NCBI GenBank assembly: GCA_964036045.1
Contig: OZ038378.1
Coordinates: forward strand, 177,568,001-177,632,000
DNA length: 64,000 bases
From: Eutreptiella sp. 'Long Island Sound 2002'
Taxonomy: Eukaryota > Protista > Euglenida
Direction: 5' to 3'
The position numbers and the translations under genes were made by a program. A model generated the notes under the pieces. That model was not told where the DNA came from and searched no databases. It saw nothing but the letters and a program-made list of their open reading frames with translations. This document shows positions 63,055-64,000 of the stretch, piece by piece; the stretch's first letter is position 1; the number at the start of each line of letters is the position of its first letter.

Positions 63055-63696
63055 CTGAGACACAATGTGGCTGACAATTTCGTCGAACAGCCGCTTCTGC
63101 AACAAAACCCCCAAATACGTGTCGGTCAAGCCCAATAGCCTGAGGCCCCGGTAGAACCCGACGCTGATGAAGGCCTGTCCGACGCTGGTGGGGCAGTAGT
63201 GGTACCGTTCGGGGTCGTCAATGATCGCGCGGATGCAGCCCTCGATCTTCTGCGAGAGCGCAGTCGCGCAGTCCGGGCCCGACCCATGCGTTCGCCCCAG
63301 CGCCGCGAGGCTGTGGTCGTGAGCGAGCGGGGCGCCGCTGAGGGACAGGGGGTGCATGTAGCGGCCCAGCTTCGTGATGCCCGGCCGCGGGATCTTAGGG
63401 AAGTCGTGCGAGGGGAACGACTGGGAGCGGTACTGCCGAGTGGGGGACAGAGACTTCTCGGGGCTGAGGTCGGGGGTGGGCTCGCGAAGGGACTGGCTGC
63501 GGCACACGGCCCTGGGCACAGGGGGTTTGGCGGCCGGGTCACGGGGGGAGGGCTCGCGAATGGCAATCCGGGCGAGCATGCCCAGGAGCTGTTTGGTGAA
63601 GCGCGCATCGCAGCAGACACTGGAATACCTGCAGACAACCGGGCGGAGGCGGGGCGGAGGCGCCATACAGTCGATGCACCCAAGTACCCTCCTCAT
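63055..63696 (-). CDS. Large 5' exon, probably of the same WD40 gene; start uncertain (AG at 63629, ATG at 63696, or an exon upstream)
   Basis: Strongly GC3-rich frame (...IEGCIRAIIDDPERYHYCPTSVGQAFISVGFYRGLRLLGLTDTYLGVLLQKRLFDEIVSHIVSQ) ending at donor CAG|gtatgg, phase 0, compatible with the 57870 exon. Confidence 0.75.
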
Positions 63697-64000
63697 GCAC
63701 TCCGCCACTCTCCACTCCCCAGCGGCGGAGTCAATGGGAGGTGCCTCAAAAAGCAAATCCTTGGGCTCACAATCCAAATTGCTATCTGTCACTGAGGCCT
63801 TGGCTTAAGGGGCAATAGGGCTAGCGGCGAACCACCCTCCTGGACGGCATTTCTCAGTGGGTTCCTGTCTTCCTGGTTAGTCAGCTCCCAAGGACCCAGC
63901 CCCACCCTTTGGGCAAACCCTTGGGCAATTGAGTGAGAACCTGCCCCACCTGCCTCCAGGCAACTGATTAGGATCCAGCCTCACCCCTTTGGGTAACTGA

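Noticed and set aside
63199-63808. Plus-strand ORFs overlapping the 63-kb exon, and similar ones opposite STX16 and the WD40 exons
   Set aside because: They are antisense shadows of GC3-rich coding sequence.

Overview
Eukaryotic, repeat-rich genomic DNA. An 18S rRNA fragment at ~43.0-43.3 kb has euglenid-type wording, so the host is inferred to be a euglenid. Three minus-strand spliced genes can be traced by eye with GT-AG introns: a two-exon syntaxin-16/Tlg2 gene (26555-23947), a gene of at least eight exons ending in WD40 repeats (~63.7 kb to 37730), and a partly resolved hypothetical gene (12938 to ~3.4 kb). Most remaining sequence is transposon-derived. It includes two related hAT (ZNF862/C17orf113-type) elements with TIRs and 8-bp TSDs, CAG...CTG-terminated MITEs with 8-bp TSDs, TA-flanked MITEs, a CACTA/Transib/RAG1-like transposase remnant, a chromodomain-bearing Gypsy integrase, non-LTR remnants, tRNA-derived repeats and two tandem arrays. 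The strongest lead is geometric: a CAG...CTG element plus one 8-bp TSD matches the published boundary rule of euglenid nonconventional introns (3 nt + CAG ... CTG + 5 nt, Y|R junctions). The window holds both such MITEs and the hAT transposase type that could mobilise them, but none of these elements was shown to interrupt an exon. All assignments are by inspection; no searches were run.
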